Shown: one piece after another, positions 1 through 11,370 of the stretch
How the letters are laid out: each line of letters begins with the position of its first letter
Position numbering within the stretch: position 1 is the first letter of the stretch
From: Nageia nagi
Taxonomy: Eukaryota; Plantae; Pinophyta
DNA length: 64,000 bases
Reading direction: 5' to 3'
Assembly (NCBI GenBank): GCA_050084985.1
Contig: JBITNC010000001.1
Coordinates: 82,956,001 to 83,020,000 of the forward strand
Translations under genes and position numbers: made by a program
The notes under the pieces: model-generated
Seen by the model: the letters and a program-made list of their open reading frames with translations, nothing else
What the model was told of the DNA's origin: nothing
Database searches by the model: none

Positions 1-323
1 TTTATATTGTGAAAAAGAGACATGAGAAACATGAAATTTTTCTAAGCAATTTGGTCATACAAAATAATGATTCCACTTGCCTTAGGAGGAAAAAGAGTGA
101 TGCCCTAGTTTAAAGGTTGAAAGTCAACTTATATAAGCAAATTTTCAAAAAAAAAAGTCATTTTAACTTTTTCAATAACTAGAATTTGAGCATTCTAGTC
201 CTCTAGCCCCTCAAGTAATAATGTGCTACCAAATTCTTAATTTCCAATTTCTCATGTAGGTTGAGTTTGTACTATTATTTTACTTTTCAGAGATATTATG
301 TGATTGATTTTGATTCTTTTACT

Positions 324-2380
324 ATGGTAAATGGAAATTAGAGAAAAATTGGGTACCCAATTACTAGAAGATGCAGTTACATTATAGAGTTACTATGATT
401 CCTTCCTTATGACCACACAGTGAGTTATTTTTAATTATGTAGTTTTACTTTTTTTTTTTAATTTAATTTACAATTTTGGAATTTTTGCTTTTCCAAATGA
501 ACTCAACTTTTCATTTTTTTCCTTGTAGGAGTGCAAGTTTCTCATGAGAGGAGGTCCTATGATGATAGCTACACTTAAGAAAGTGCAAACATGGCCAAGG
601 ATACCACATATCGATAATATCTTATATAGGTGTGGTCTTACAGATTTGGGTAATAGGATTTACCTCTTCTAATAATGCTAGCAGAGTGATGGGATCCTAA
701 ATATTGCACACTTCACCTACCCCCAAGTGAAATTTAAGTGACCTTACTTGATGTATACCATATCTAGGGTATCCTCATCAGGAGGAATTTGGTGCATCAC
801 CAAGAGCTTGTAGAAAATAATGTGTGTTAGCAAGAGGCTCTATGGCTCATGGGTGGGGTGGATCATGATTGGGAGCATCAAGTTGCCCATCTTGCAGATG
901 TGTGCCAATTTATACCAGCATGGTATCATCATTGGCTATATATTGTAGCTATCATAGCCATGTACTTATATCTAGATAAGAGTAGTTCAACTTTTTTAAT
1001 TGACCTAGTATGGATTGTTAGGCAGATTTGTGAGAGAGGGACTCAATTTTCTTGAGACCAATGGTTTTATCCTATTTGTATAGAAATTTATATGACTTAA
1101 TGAATGTTTACAAGATCAATATCATGATCGCACATGCAAGCCTACTACACCTTTGGGCCTATGATCACATAGATGTTATGCAGCTTGTAGGATTAAAAAG
1201 AGCTAGGGAGGATTTGAGTGACATAGCTCTTATGTGCTAGACCTCATGTGCTAATGGATATAGATACTCACATTCCCTATAGGCTCAAAGGAGGGATATT
1301 AATGGATTGTAGGTAAGGGAGCTTTCTTGGGTGTGTTTTTAAGATTTTGTATGGCATTTAAATGCACATCAACTTGCATGGGTTTGATAGAATTGCTTTC
1401 TCTAGAAATGAAGAAAGATTATAGAGCCCTACCATCTTGGTCATATTTTGTGATAATTTGGGATTCAATAAGATATCCCACTTGTACCCACAACATACAA
1501 GTGATATTTAGTGGAGAGGGACTTGCAAATAAGATCATAGATGATTATTGTGTGGAGGGATTCTTGGGAGGAGCCCAAGCAATGGATGCGATTATACATG
1601 AGTTGATGGCTCCCTAAGTTATCCTCAATTATGTTGCATGGTAGGTAGGTGTGCACCCAAGTGATATTGGCTTGGGTGAGGATGATAGCAATGATGGGGT
1701 GGCTACTAGTGAGGGATCAAAGGAGGATGATCCTTATTAGATTAATTATCTAATCCATGATGTATCTACCTAGGAGGATAAGGGAGTAAGAGGTTTAGCC
1801 ACTCTTTCCATAGCTACCCTAGCACCAGATAAAATGATAAGTTAGCTTATTGGTTTTTATATTTCATGTATAATTAGAAAGTGACTAATCTAATTTTTTT
1901 ATGGAATAGGAGCTCCAGATGCTAGGAATTCCTCTTTGGAGGTAGAGGTAGTGAGATTACAACCTTTAGAGATTGAGATTACTAGGTTATGACCTATGGA
2001 AGCCCAAATCACCACATTGTAGGCTAATTTGATAGCCAAGGATGTACATATTACCACATTGGAATAATCTATGAAAAGATTAAAGGAGCACTTGACTATG
2101 CCTTCACTAGATCAATAATGGTCCTTTATCTAAGGCTAGATTGATAAGATCAAGACCCAGGATAAAGAGATTGTTGCTTTGAAGGTGAAGTATGGTCAAG
2201 AATAGACCCTTTATGGAGCAATGGTTTATTATTGAGTGGTTAGACTTCATCCTCAAGGGCTGGTAGAAGCAACAACCATAAGGTCAAGTCTAGGATAGAT
2301 ATGATCAGTAGTGGTGGGAATGCCCACCTAGAATTATAGGGATGAGGCCCATTTTGTACCCTATGTATCATTTTTGTTAG
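324..2380 (+). pseudogene. Decayed 3-exon Plant Mobile Domain (PMD, MAIN/MAIL-like) + acidic + coiled-coil gene, copy 1
   Basis: Translates as LAE*WDPKYCTLHLPPSEI*VTLLDVYHI*GI...YLYLDKSSS...PMVLSYLYRNL...LLHLWAYDHI, matching PMD motifs. Intron 420-528 (GTGAGT..TTGTAG) splices in frame. Intron 1829-1909 has a G>A-decayed donor. 3' end is approximate. Confidence 0.85.
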
Positions 2381-3049
2381 TTATATATATTATATTTTTT
2401 TAATTTTTGGACTCAAGGACTTGTGTCAATGCAATAGTTTCTAGTTGGTTGCTTATTGTGAGTGGTTTTATCTTTCTATTGCTATTTGCTTAATACTAAA
2501 GGCACATGAGTTTGCAATCTACTTCATGAACCTAATATGAATTTTTAGCCTAAGATATATATTAAGGGAAATGAACCTATTATGAATCCTTCACTCACAA
2601 ACATGGAACAAGCAATCACAATGAAATATATATGCAATATGATCAATAATGATACAAAATAACCTAACCTAAGTGAATTAGATTCCATAGTAAAAAAGGG
2701 ATCCAAATGAAAAAGTGTGAGTTTTTTCTAGTAGATGACATGACATATAGCTTGAGACCAATTCATTATGTTCAACAATGTGTTTGGAATCTACAAATAT
2801 TTTCCTTGAAGATTCTATCCTTGGAAATGCACACTATTAGCAGCATAAAATAGGCCTTGCACATTGTTGGAAGCATATTCAAAAATAACCTAGTTCAAGG
2901 AGGAAAGGAAAAATATAGGAACATATGAAAATAGAATAGACCATGCACTGTATACATGTAAACAACTACTTAGAATGCATGAAAACACAAAAATATCTTA
3001 CCTAACTAAGATACACTATCTACAAATATGACAAAACTTAAGTAATTAA

Positions 3050-4628
3050 TTTACATACTTGGGAAGATTTTTCTACCCAAATACAGTTTGTAGAGATAGA
3101 GACAAAAAGAGGCACATTTGGTTTAGCAATTTTCATGTTGTTGGTATCATACAAATAGTGTTGGATGCCATCAACAACATTCAATTTGACTCTATTTCTA
3201 ATTCTATTGCAAGGATCATGCTTGTATCAATGATTATTGGTAAAATAATGACATAATTTATTGAAAATACACCATACTAATTCAACGTATTGGTTTTGAA
3301 GTAGGTAGAGGATTAATGAAGACCCCTACTTGTTCATTATTAAGATGTATAGGTCCTACTTGCTTAGTTAGCTTAGCATCCATCTTGATAGCACCCTTGT
3401 CAATGAAATCCTATATAATATGCTTTAGAGACCTACAATTGTGTGTTTGATGTCCAGGTACCCTATGATAATTACCAAATTCTTCATAGTAAAAATGCTT
3501 AGGCACACCATTAGGCAACTTGGGCTCAATAATAGGAGGCAACTCAATAAGTTCTTCATCCAAGAAAATATTAAGAATATTATCAATAGTATCGATCAAA
3601 GTAAACTATCATCTAGGTTTAGGGGTAGTTTTGTATTTATGAGTAACATTGTTTGCTTCAATCCTACTTGTATTTTTAGGGATTGATTTCTGACAGTGAG
3701 TGTTATCATTGTTCTTCATAGTATACAATTTTTTGATACATGGCTTTTTCTTGATAACTATGTCTATCATATCTCCTAGTGACATATCATGGTTAGAGAT
3801 GAGGAATAGTTTATATATAGGAAAGTGAACATTTGCAAAAGCATCATTTAGATCTTGTTCAATCATAGGGATTCTATTAGCCATTCATTTCCATACTTTT
3901 ACAAATTCCTTGAGAGATTGATTAGGTAATTGCCTAATTTTGCACAAATCCTTAAAATAGATTTTCTTAGCAATATTATATCTAAATTTTTGTAGGAATA
4001 ATGAATTAAATGTTCATACCTATCAATGCTATTTTTAGGAAGTTGAAAATACCATTTGAGAGCATAATCTTTTAGACTATGAGAGAATAATTTAGCTAAC
4101 AAGTCTCTATCATGTATAGATTCAATACCTTCTTCTTGGAACTTCCTAACATGCATCTTAGGATCTTGCATACCATCAAATTTAGTAAATTTGACACTCT
4201 TTTTCCTAGGAATGTTCTTAGGAAGAATTTTATTAGTTAGAGGCCTTTTGAGACAAGACAAGAAATCATCTTCATCAACTAAGATATTTTAAGGTGCTAA
4301 ATTGCCAATATTGGTTGAGTTCAATTTTGGGGATGGTGGTGTGGTTTGAGGATGATTATGAGGTGGGATATGAGGTGTACTATGAGGTTGTCTATGAGGT
4401 TTTATCTTGTGTATTTTTAAGTTTAGCCTCCTTCAAGGTAATAAATGGACCTATGCGGTTAACCCTCTCATGCTCTAACTTGTTCAAAATTTTAGCTAGT
4501 ATTTTTAACTATTGTTGCAGAGGTTCTTTGTACCAATTAGTATTATCTTGAAGTTCAAGAAGGATAGTAGTTTTAATATGATGTACTTATAATTTCCAAT
4601 TGGGTTGTAATTTGTAAGTCTCATTAAT
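3050..4628 (-). pseudogene. Ty3 gag remnant (capsid + CHHC-type zinc knuckle), 5'-deleted
   Basis: KFDGMQDPKMHVRKF..LFSHSLKDYALKWYFQLP and GNYHRVPGHQTHNC. Joined directly to the PBS by a ~0.9-kb deletion relative to element C. No protease or RT follows. Confidence 0.85.
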
Positions 4629-4644
4629 CATGTTAGGTTCACCA
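4629..4644 (-). promoter_or_regulatory. Primer binding site, tRNA-Trp
   Basis: CATGTTAGGTTCACCA is a CpG-decayed copy of the plant tRNA-Trp 3' end CACGTCGGGTTCACCA, 3 nt from the LTR. Confidence 0.8.
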
Positions 4645-4647
4645 AAA

Positions 4648-5346
4648 TGTAGACCCAAAATAATACAATTAATTATTTATGGGGGTTAATTAATGCACTT
4701 TTGGTCTACTTTATTTTATTGATATATATCTAAAATATGGTAAATATGTTTAACTGGCATACATGTTCATTTTATCCTAATTACATATTCAATCAATTAA
4801 CAACATCATACATCAAAAACAAATATGCATTCATACATTAACATGCCATTAGCAATGTAAATGAGGTACATTGCTAATGGCATGGAATAAGTAAAATTAG
4901 AAGTGTGATAAGAAATATAAGATGTTTGAATGATCAATTAATCATATAATAAATATGAAATAGTAATAAGAAATTATGTTTGTTTAATTATAGACTTGAT
5001 ATTTGTAAGGGTCTTCCTTGAGACCATGTCGTTCTTCTTCATTTGTCTTTTGGTCTTGCTATGGCTTCTATAATATCCTATAGCTTGGTTATGATCTTTT
5101 ATCTAATCTTCAATTGATAGGGCCTACCACCTTCAGATCCTATGGATTCCCATCCTTTCTTTGGTTGTTTTTTATGTATTTATATAGCAACACTTGTACT
5201 ATAAGATTTGACCCGTAGGTCATGATATAATGGTCCATTACATTAAATACATTACTTTGGGTATTTTTAACTCTTTTTTACATAATAAATCATTGAGGCT
5301 CTAAAATGAATTGTTTAATAAAATAATTTATTTTTAGGTGTCTACA
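4648..5346 (-). repeat. LTR L1 (shared 5' LTR of A and 3' LTR of B)
   Basis: TGTAGACCC...GTGTCTACA termini; PBS on the left, PPT on the right; homologous to 8917-9533, 9545-10250 and 19802-20092. Confidence 0.9.
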
Positions 5347-5875
5347 TTTTCTCCTATTTGGATGTGTGATTGAAGCAATGAAATTACATGTTCGAAGAAT
5401 AAGTGTAGAAGAAATATTTTTGAGAATTTTGAAATCTTTGTTTGCATTGCCCCTTATTGTTGTTGTTGTTGATGATGATGAGGGTCTCTTGCTATCCCCT
5501 TTTGAATTGGATGCCCTAGGAAAGATCCTTGAATGATGCAATGAATGCAAAATATAATGAAGAGTCTCTCTATAGGAATGATGCTATGAAGGTGATGGAA
5601 ATTACTATGCTATTAGGTAGCTGTATAGTTCCATATCCAATGTTGGAGATGGAAGATGTTTTTTTTCCCCTTGTACTACATCAACCATGAATCTAGTTAT
5701 TCCTTTGATTATGATGCCCAAGAACCATTTTTTCTTATGTATATGCCTTGAAATAGAGAGGATATACTTTGAATAAGATGGAATGGTGATGAAGTGGATG
5801 TTGGTGGTGGTGTAGGGAATAATGTACACACTACTGATGGCATGACATTCTTTGTATTTTGTTTTTCTCTTTAGG
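5347..5875 (+). pseudogene. Unknown antisense ORF in element 3'UTR, copy 1
   Basis: DDDEGLLLSPFELDALGKILE...YEGDGNYYAIR*LYSSISNVGDGRC...IRWNGDEVDVGGG; frame conserved with 10251-10856 apart from two 1-nt indels. Confidence 0.55.
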
Positions 5876-5934
5876 ATGTAGAAACCTGCAATGAAGTATT
5901 AGTCATAAAAATGGGGTGTATGTACAATGAATTT

Positions 5935-6360
5935 CATCTTCCATTGATGATATGTCAATGTTAACAATCTACTTATAGTTGCATTTCCAATTTATCTTTT
6001 AAGTGAGTGAACTCTCACTAGCCATATTAATGGCCATCTACGATCATATGTTTTATGTCTATGATCTGAAAAAATTATGCTTTGAATTGGTTCAAAGAAA
6101 AAACTATATGGATACACATCAAGTTACATCATCCATTGGAGATGATCCAATGTCAACATCTTACTCATGGCTACATTACCAATTTATCTTTTAAGTAATT
6201 GAACTCTCACTAACCATGTCATAGGCCATTAATGATCATACATTTTATGTCTATGATTTGAAGACATTATGCTTTGAATTGGTTCATAGAAAAAATCATG
6301 TGGATACATAGCAAAATGCATAATCCATTAGAGATGATACAATGTCAACATCTTGCTCAC
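5935..6360. repeat. ~192-bp tandem repeat (about 2.3 units) in element 3'UTR
   Basis: GAACTCTCACTA at 6009 and 6201; same unit at 10845-11370 and, reverse-complemented, at 50866-51215. Confidence 0.9.
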
Positions 6361-7049
6361 CAACCATGAACTAGGTATGAACTAGCAATATTTGACCATA
6401 TATTCAATTTATCTATTCAATGATGATATAACTCAAGAGAGAGAATCTACTCAATTAGAATTGAAAATAATAATTCAGATATTCAATACAATGCAATATT
6501 TTATAGACAATACTATGATGCTATATTATACTAGATTTTCAAGGATATAATGGCATTAAATTTCATTAGTAAAACATGCATTTTATTTGAAAAAGCAATC
6601 ATAAGAATAGCATATGCAATGTTCACTTTTTATACTAGATAATTAGAGAAAATATAATGGTCTTAACTCATCAATGATAATTTTGCAATGAAGAGCATAA
6701 ATAATAGTAAAACATGTGAGATGAGATACCTTACTTTTACTTATCTTTATACCCATGTATGGGCAATTTTTTGCACTATGCAATTATGAATTATGAATTT
6801 TGGCCTTTTGATTTTTAATATTTAGTTTCCATCATGTCCCTAGCTAAAATTGAAATTGCCCGTAGTTGAAATTGAGTTTCCACCAACTAAGGCTATATCC
6901 ACTTTTTGTTGATTTTATATGTATATATATTTTTTAATGAAATGTGGCTAATATGAGATGCAATGACTACACCCATGATATGCAACCTACATGAAATGCA
7001 CCTTATATGATATGCATCATATATGATATGAAAAATTTAAAAACTATAA

Positions 7050-8369
7050 TACATTAGGGGGTGGTGGAACCTCCATTAGTTTAGCACATTTTGCTAAGAA
7101 AAATAGATTTTCTTTGCTTAGATTATCCTCTGCATTTTCTATACCTTGGGCTACTACTCTCTCAAGAAGATTAATAAATTCAATTTGTACCTCTGGAGGT
7201 AATGTATTGTGTTGTTGTAAATGATTATTAAGGAGTAAAATCTTGAATAGATACTTGTCAAAAGGTCAATCTTTCTATTTTATATATTCTTATAACTGAA
7301 ACTCAATTGAATCTAGCTGAACTTAAATTTTTCCTAAGTTTTCTTATCTAGCTAGATGTGCAAAATAAGAACCAGTACTTCCATTATTATTTTCACATCA
7401 TTAGTGATCTTCATGCAGTATGGCACATTGCTGATGGTATGCTTCCTCATCATATTTGTTTTGAAATTTCACAATTTAATTTTCAATCCCTAAATTTGAA
7501 GCATGCTGAGGGAGCTAATATTTACCTTATGAAATCATGTCTAAAATTATAAGTTTCAAATCGTGCAAAGAATCTGTAGCATGATCCTTTCATTGATGAT
7601 AAATGTAATAAGCATCCTCATATTCCATTGGATTATCACTATCTTGTGTGCTTCTTTCTAAAAATATTAATAAACCTCTTTTCATTAGATCCCTTATAAT
7701 TAGCCTTTGTTGATGTCCACTAAGTATCTCAAAGTTGGGGGCCTCTTGATTAGGTGGTAGGGAACAATTGTGGGCATCTTGTGTTTTCAAATTTTCTTAA
7801 GATGTTACTCTTTGTCAAAATTATTTTGGTTTTGGTTGTGGTTGAGAAGATATTTGATTTTGTTTTTTTTTTTGCATATTTTTATTCTCAAACTTTTGCA
7901 TACAATATTGTATAGCATATGGATCTAACAATTTATCTAATTCTTTCCTTAGAGATGCATGATATTTTTCTTTTAATTCAAGATCATTATAAATTCCAAT
8001 CATCAAAGAAGGATTAACTAACATATGTGCTTTCATTTTTTAAAATTGATCTTTAAGTGTTAATTTTTCAAATGCAATATCATTCACTTAAAACTTATCC
8101 ATAGCATCCAAATTTAAATGTGCATCACAATCAAATTTAGCCATATAATCATCATCAATAACATTATCATGCACTTGATTTTCTATAACATTTGGCATAT
8201 CATCATTTGCAAAATTCAAGCATGAATTTGATAAACTTAATTCATCAAAAGATTTCCTATTATGCATAACATCCATAATTTTATCCATTTATTGTTTAGG
8301 ATGAGGTGCAAATAAATCACTTATCACATTCAAAAATTGAAACAAACTAGTTTTAAATGCCCTATCCAT
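7050..8369 (-). pseudogene. Decayed ~440-codon extra ORF (Ogre ORF1-like position) with zinc-knuckle-like segments
   Basis: ORF-track pieces 8088-8288, 7821-8036 and 7590-7790 continue as YIYHQ*KDHATDSLHDLK..I.DMI..GK (gag NC-like) and YHQQCAILHEDH**C. Confidence 0.55.
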
Positions 8370-8916
8370 TAAAGAATGTAAGAAGATGGAAACAAAACAT
8401 TTTTATATGAAAATTTTTATAAATATTAATAAAAATGCATGCAAAATGCTAAAAGTATTCTCCAAAAGTTCCCTACTATGATGACCAAAGGGGTTTAGCA
8501 AGTTTTTAGCATAAAACAAGTCACCAAATAGTTACAAAATGCCTTCAAAATGTATGATTTTTCAAGGTGACGTTTTCTACAAAAATAATTTCAACATCAC
8601 TCAAAATATGCAAATTTAGACCTATAAAAATTAGAAAAACTTCCCAATTATATTTATCTATTGTTTAGAAAATGTTTTCTAATGCTAGATCTCACCAAAT
8701 TTAAGAAAATGACCTTCAAAACTAGGGTTTTTTAGAGTGATATTTTTCAAGAAAATAATTTTATTTGAAGTAATAAAAGTTTCCAAATTGAAGAAAAGTT
8801 AATTTAACCAAAAAATAAAACAAAACCAAGGGTTTATAATGCAACACTCCTAAAAAAAGTTGACACCCTAAAATAAAAATTCTAGGGTTTGTAAGAATAG
8901 TCAAGGTTCACCAATA

Positions 8917-9533
8917 CGTAGATCCAAAATAATGCATGTAATTATTAATGGGGATTAATTAATGCACTATTATGACTACTTAGTTTTATTGATATATATC
9001 AGGAATATAGAAATAATAATTAAAGGGCATACATGTTAATTTTATCCTAATTACATGTTCAGTAAATTAATGATATCATACACTAAAAACAAATATGCAT
9101 TCATACAATTGCACACTACTGGTGGCCTAAATGAGGCACATCAATAACAACATGGAATAAGTAAAATTACAACTGCAATAAAAGAATACGAAGATGAATG
9201 AATGAAAGATATGCATATAAGATATATTTCAAAAAAAATGTTTGCATATAACAAAGTTATATTACATTTACTAAAGTCTCTCTTTGATCCTCCTTTTCAT
9301 TCTCCTATTCGTCCATCCCTAACCTCCTTCGAAGATGATCCTCTTTTGGTTACTTTTGATGTCTTTATATAGCAACACTTATATTATAAGATTTGACCCC
9401 TAGGTCATAATATAATGGTCCATTACATGAATTACATAGCTTTGGGTATTGTTAATCCCTTTTTACATAATTCATCATTGAAGCTCTAAAATAAATTATT
9501 TAATAAATAATAATCTATTTTTAGGTGTCTATG
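8917..9533 (-). repeat. LTR L2 (variant, 617 bp)
   Basis: Ends match L1 and L3; the middle (9180-9350) differs. Confidence 0.85.
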
Positions 9534-9544
9534 TTTCACCAAAA

Positions 9545-10250
9545 TGTAGATCCAAAATAATGCAATTAATTATTTATGGGGGTTAATTAATGCACTATTG
9601 GTCTACTTTATTTTATTGATATATATCTGAAATATGACAAAGATGTTTAATTAGCATACACATTCATTTTATCCTAATCATATATTCAATCAATTAACAA
9701 CATCATACATTAAAAATAAACATGAATTCATACATTAACATGCCATTAGTAGTTTAAATGAGGTATGTTGCTAATGGCATGGAAAAAGTAAAATTGGAAG
9801 TGTGATAAGAAATATAGGATTCTTGAATAATTAATTAATCATATAATAAATATGCAATAATAATTAGAAATGATGTTTGTTTAATTACAGACTTGATATT
9901 TGTAAGGGTCTTCCTTGAGACCTACACATCGTTCTTCTTCATTTTTCCTTTGGTATTACCATGGTTTCTATAATATCATGTAGCCTAGTTCTAATCTTCT
10001 ATCTAATCTTCAACTAATAGATCTTACCACCTTCAGATTCTATGGATGCCCCCCACCTTTCTTTGGTTGCTTTTGATGTCTTTATATAATAACAATTGTA
10101 CTATAAGATTTGACCCCTAGGTCATGATATAATGGTCTATTACATGAAATACATTGCTTTGTGTATTTTTAACCCCTTTTTACATAATACATCATTAAGG
10201 ATCTAGAATGAATTATTTAATAAATAATAATTCATTTTTAGACATCTACA
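9545..10250 (-). repeat. LTR L3 (3' LTR of element C)
   Basis: TGTAGATCC...ACATCTACA followed by PPT complement TTTGCCCCTCTTTGG. Confidence 0.9.
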
Positions 10251-10856
10251 TTTGCCCCTCTTTGGAGGTGTGATCAAAGCAATGAAATTACATGTCCAAA
10301 AAATAAGTATAGAAGAAATTATTTTGAGAACTTTGAACTCTTTGTTGGATTGCCCCTTGTTGTTGTTAATGATGATGATGATGATGATGAGGGTCCCTTG
10401 CTACCCCCTTTTGACTTGGATAACCTAGGAAAGATCCTTGAATGGTGCAACCAAGGCAAAATTTGATGAAGAGTCTCTATCCAAGAATGCTGCTATGAAG
10501 ATGATGGAAATTACTATGCTATTAGGTAGCTGTATAGTTCCATATCCAATGTTGGAGATGGAAGATGTATTTTTTCCCCTTTGTACTGTTCTAACTAGGA
10601 ATCTATCCATTCATTTTATTTTTATGACTAGGAACCATTCACAATTATGTCTATACCTTGAAATAGAGAGGATCTGATTTGAATAAGATGGAATGGTGAT
10701 GAAGCAGACATTGCTGGTGGTGTAGGGAATAGTGTACATGTCATTGATAGCATGAAATTATTTGTATTTTCTTCTACTCTTTAGGATGTAGAAACCTATA
10801 ATGAAGTATTAATCATAAAATGGGGTGGATGTATAATGAGTTTCATATTCCATTGA
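10251..10856 (+). pseudogene. Unknown antisense ORF in element 3'UTR, copy 2
   Basis: One frame without indels: FAPLWRCDQSNEITCPKNKYRRNYFENFELFVGLPLVVVNDDDDDDEGPLLPPFDLDNLGKILEWCNQGKI**RVSIQECCYEDDGNYYAIR*LYSS...; stops are only TGA/TAG. Confidence 0.6.
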
Positions 10857-11370
10857 TGATGAGTCAATATTAGCAATCTACTTATGATTCCATTACCAGT
10901 TTGTCTTTTGAGTGAGTGAACTCTCACTAACCATATCGATAGTCATTGATGATCATACATTTTATGTCTATGATTTGAAGATATTATGATTTAGATTGGT
11001 TCAAAGAAAAAATCATGTGGATACACAAGTTGCATTATCCATTAGAGATGATCCAATGTTAATATCTTTCTTATGATTGTATCATCGATTTATCTTTTAA
11101 TTGAGTAAACTCTCACTAATCATGTCATAGGCCATTGATGATCATACATATTATATCTATGATCCAAAGATATTATGCTTTGGATTGGTTTAAAGCAAAA
11201 ACCATGTGGATACATAATAAGTTACATAATCAATTGGAGATGATACAATGTTAGCATCCTTCTCAATGCTACATCATTAGTTTATCTTTTAATTCAGTGA
11301 ACTCTCACTAGTCATGTCGTTGGCCATTGATGGTCATACATTTTAATTTCTATGACCTAAATATATTATG
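10845..11370. repeat. ~190-bp tandem repeat (about 2.8 units)
   Basis: (G/A)AACTCTCACTA at about 10918, 11107 and 11299. Confidence 0.9.

Larger units (their letters stand above)
1..5346 (-). mobile_element. Non-autonomous Tat/Ogre-like Ty3 element A (gag + antisense PMD gene, no pol), left end outside window
   Basis: LTR 4648-5346 with PBS 4629-4644, gag remnant on minus strand, PMD gene on plus strand. 1-4628 is colinear with 12230-18865 (element C) apart from the hAT insertion in C. Confidence 0.85.
4648..9533 (-). mobile_element. Non-autonomous element B (5' leader + extra ORF + 3'UTR, no capsid or pol)
   Basis: LTRs L1 and L2, PBS remnant GGTTCACCA ending 8913, PPT just right of 5346. 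Leader 8460-8910 resembles 43150-43520. Confidence 0.8.

Noticed and set aside
5935-11370. CRISPR-like array or hammerhead ribozyme (retrozyme) in the 190-bp repeats
   Set aside because: Units are similar along their whole length (no unique spacers), and no CTGANGA...GAAA core was found on either strand.
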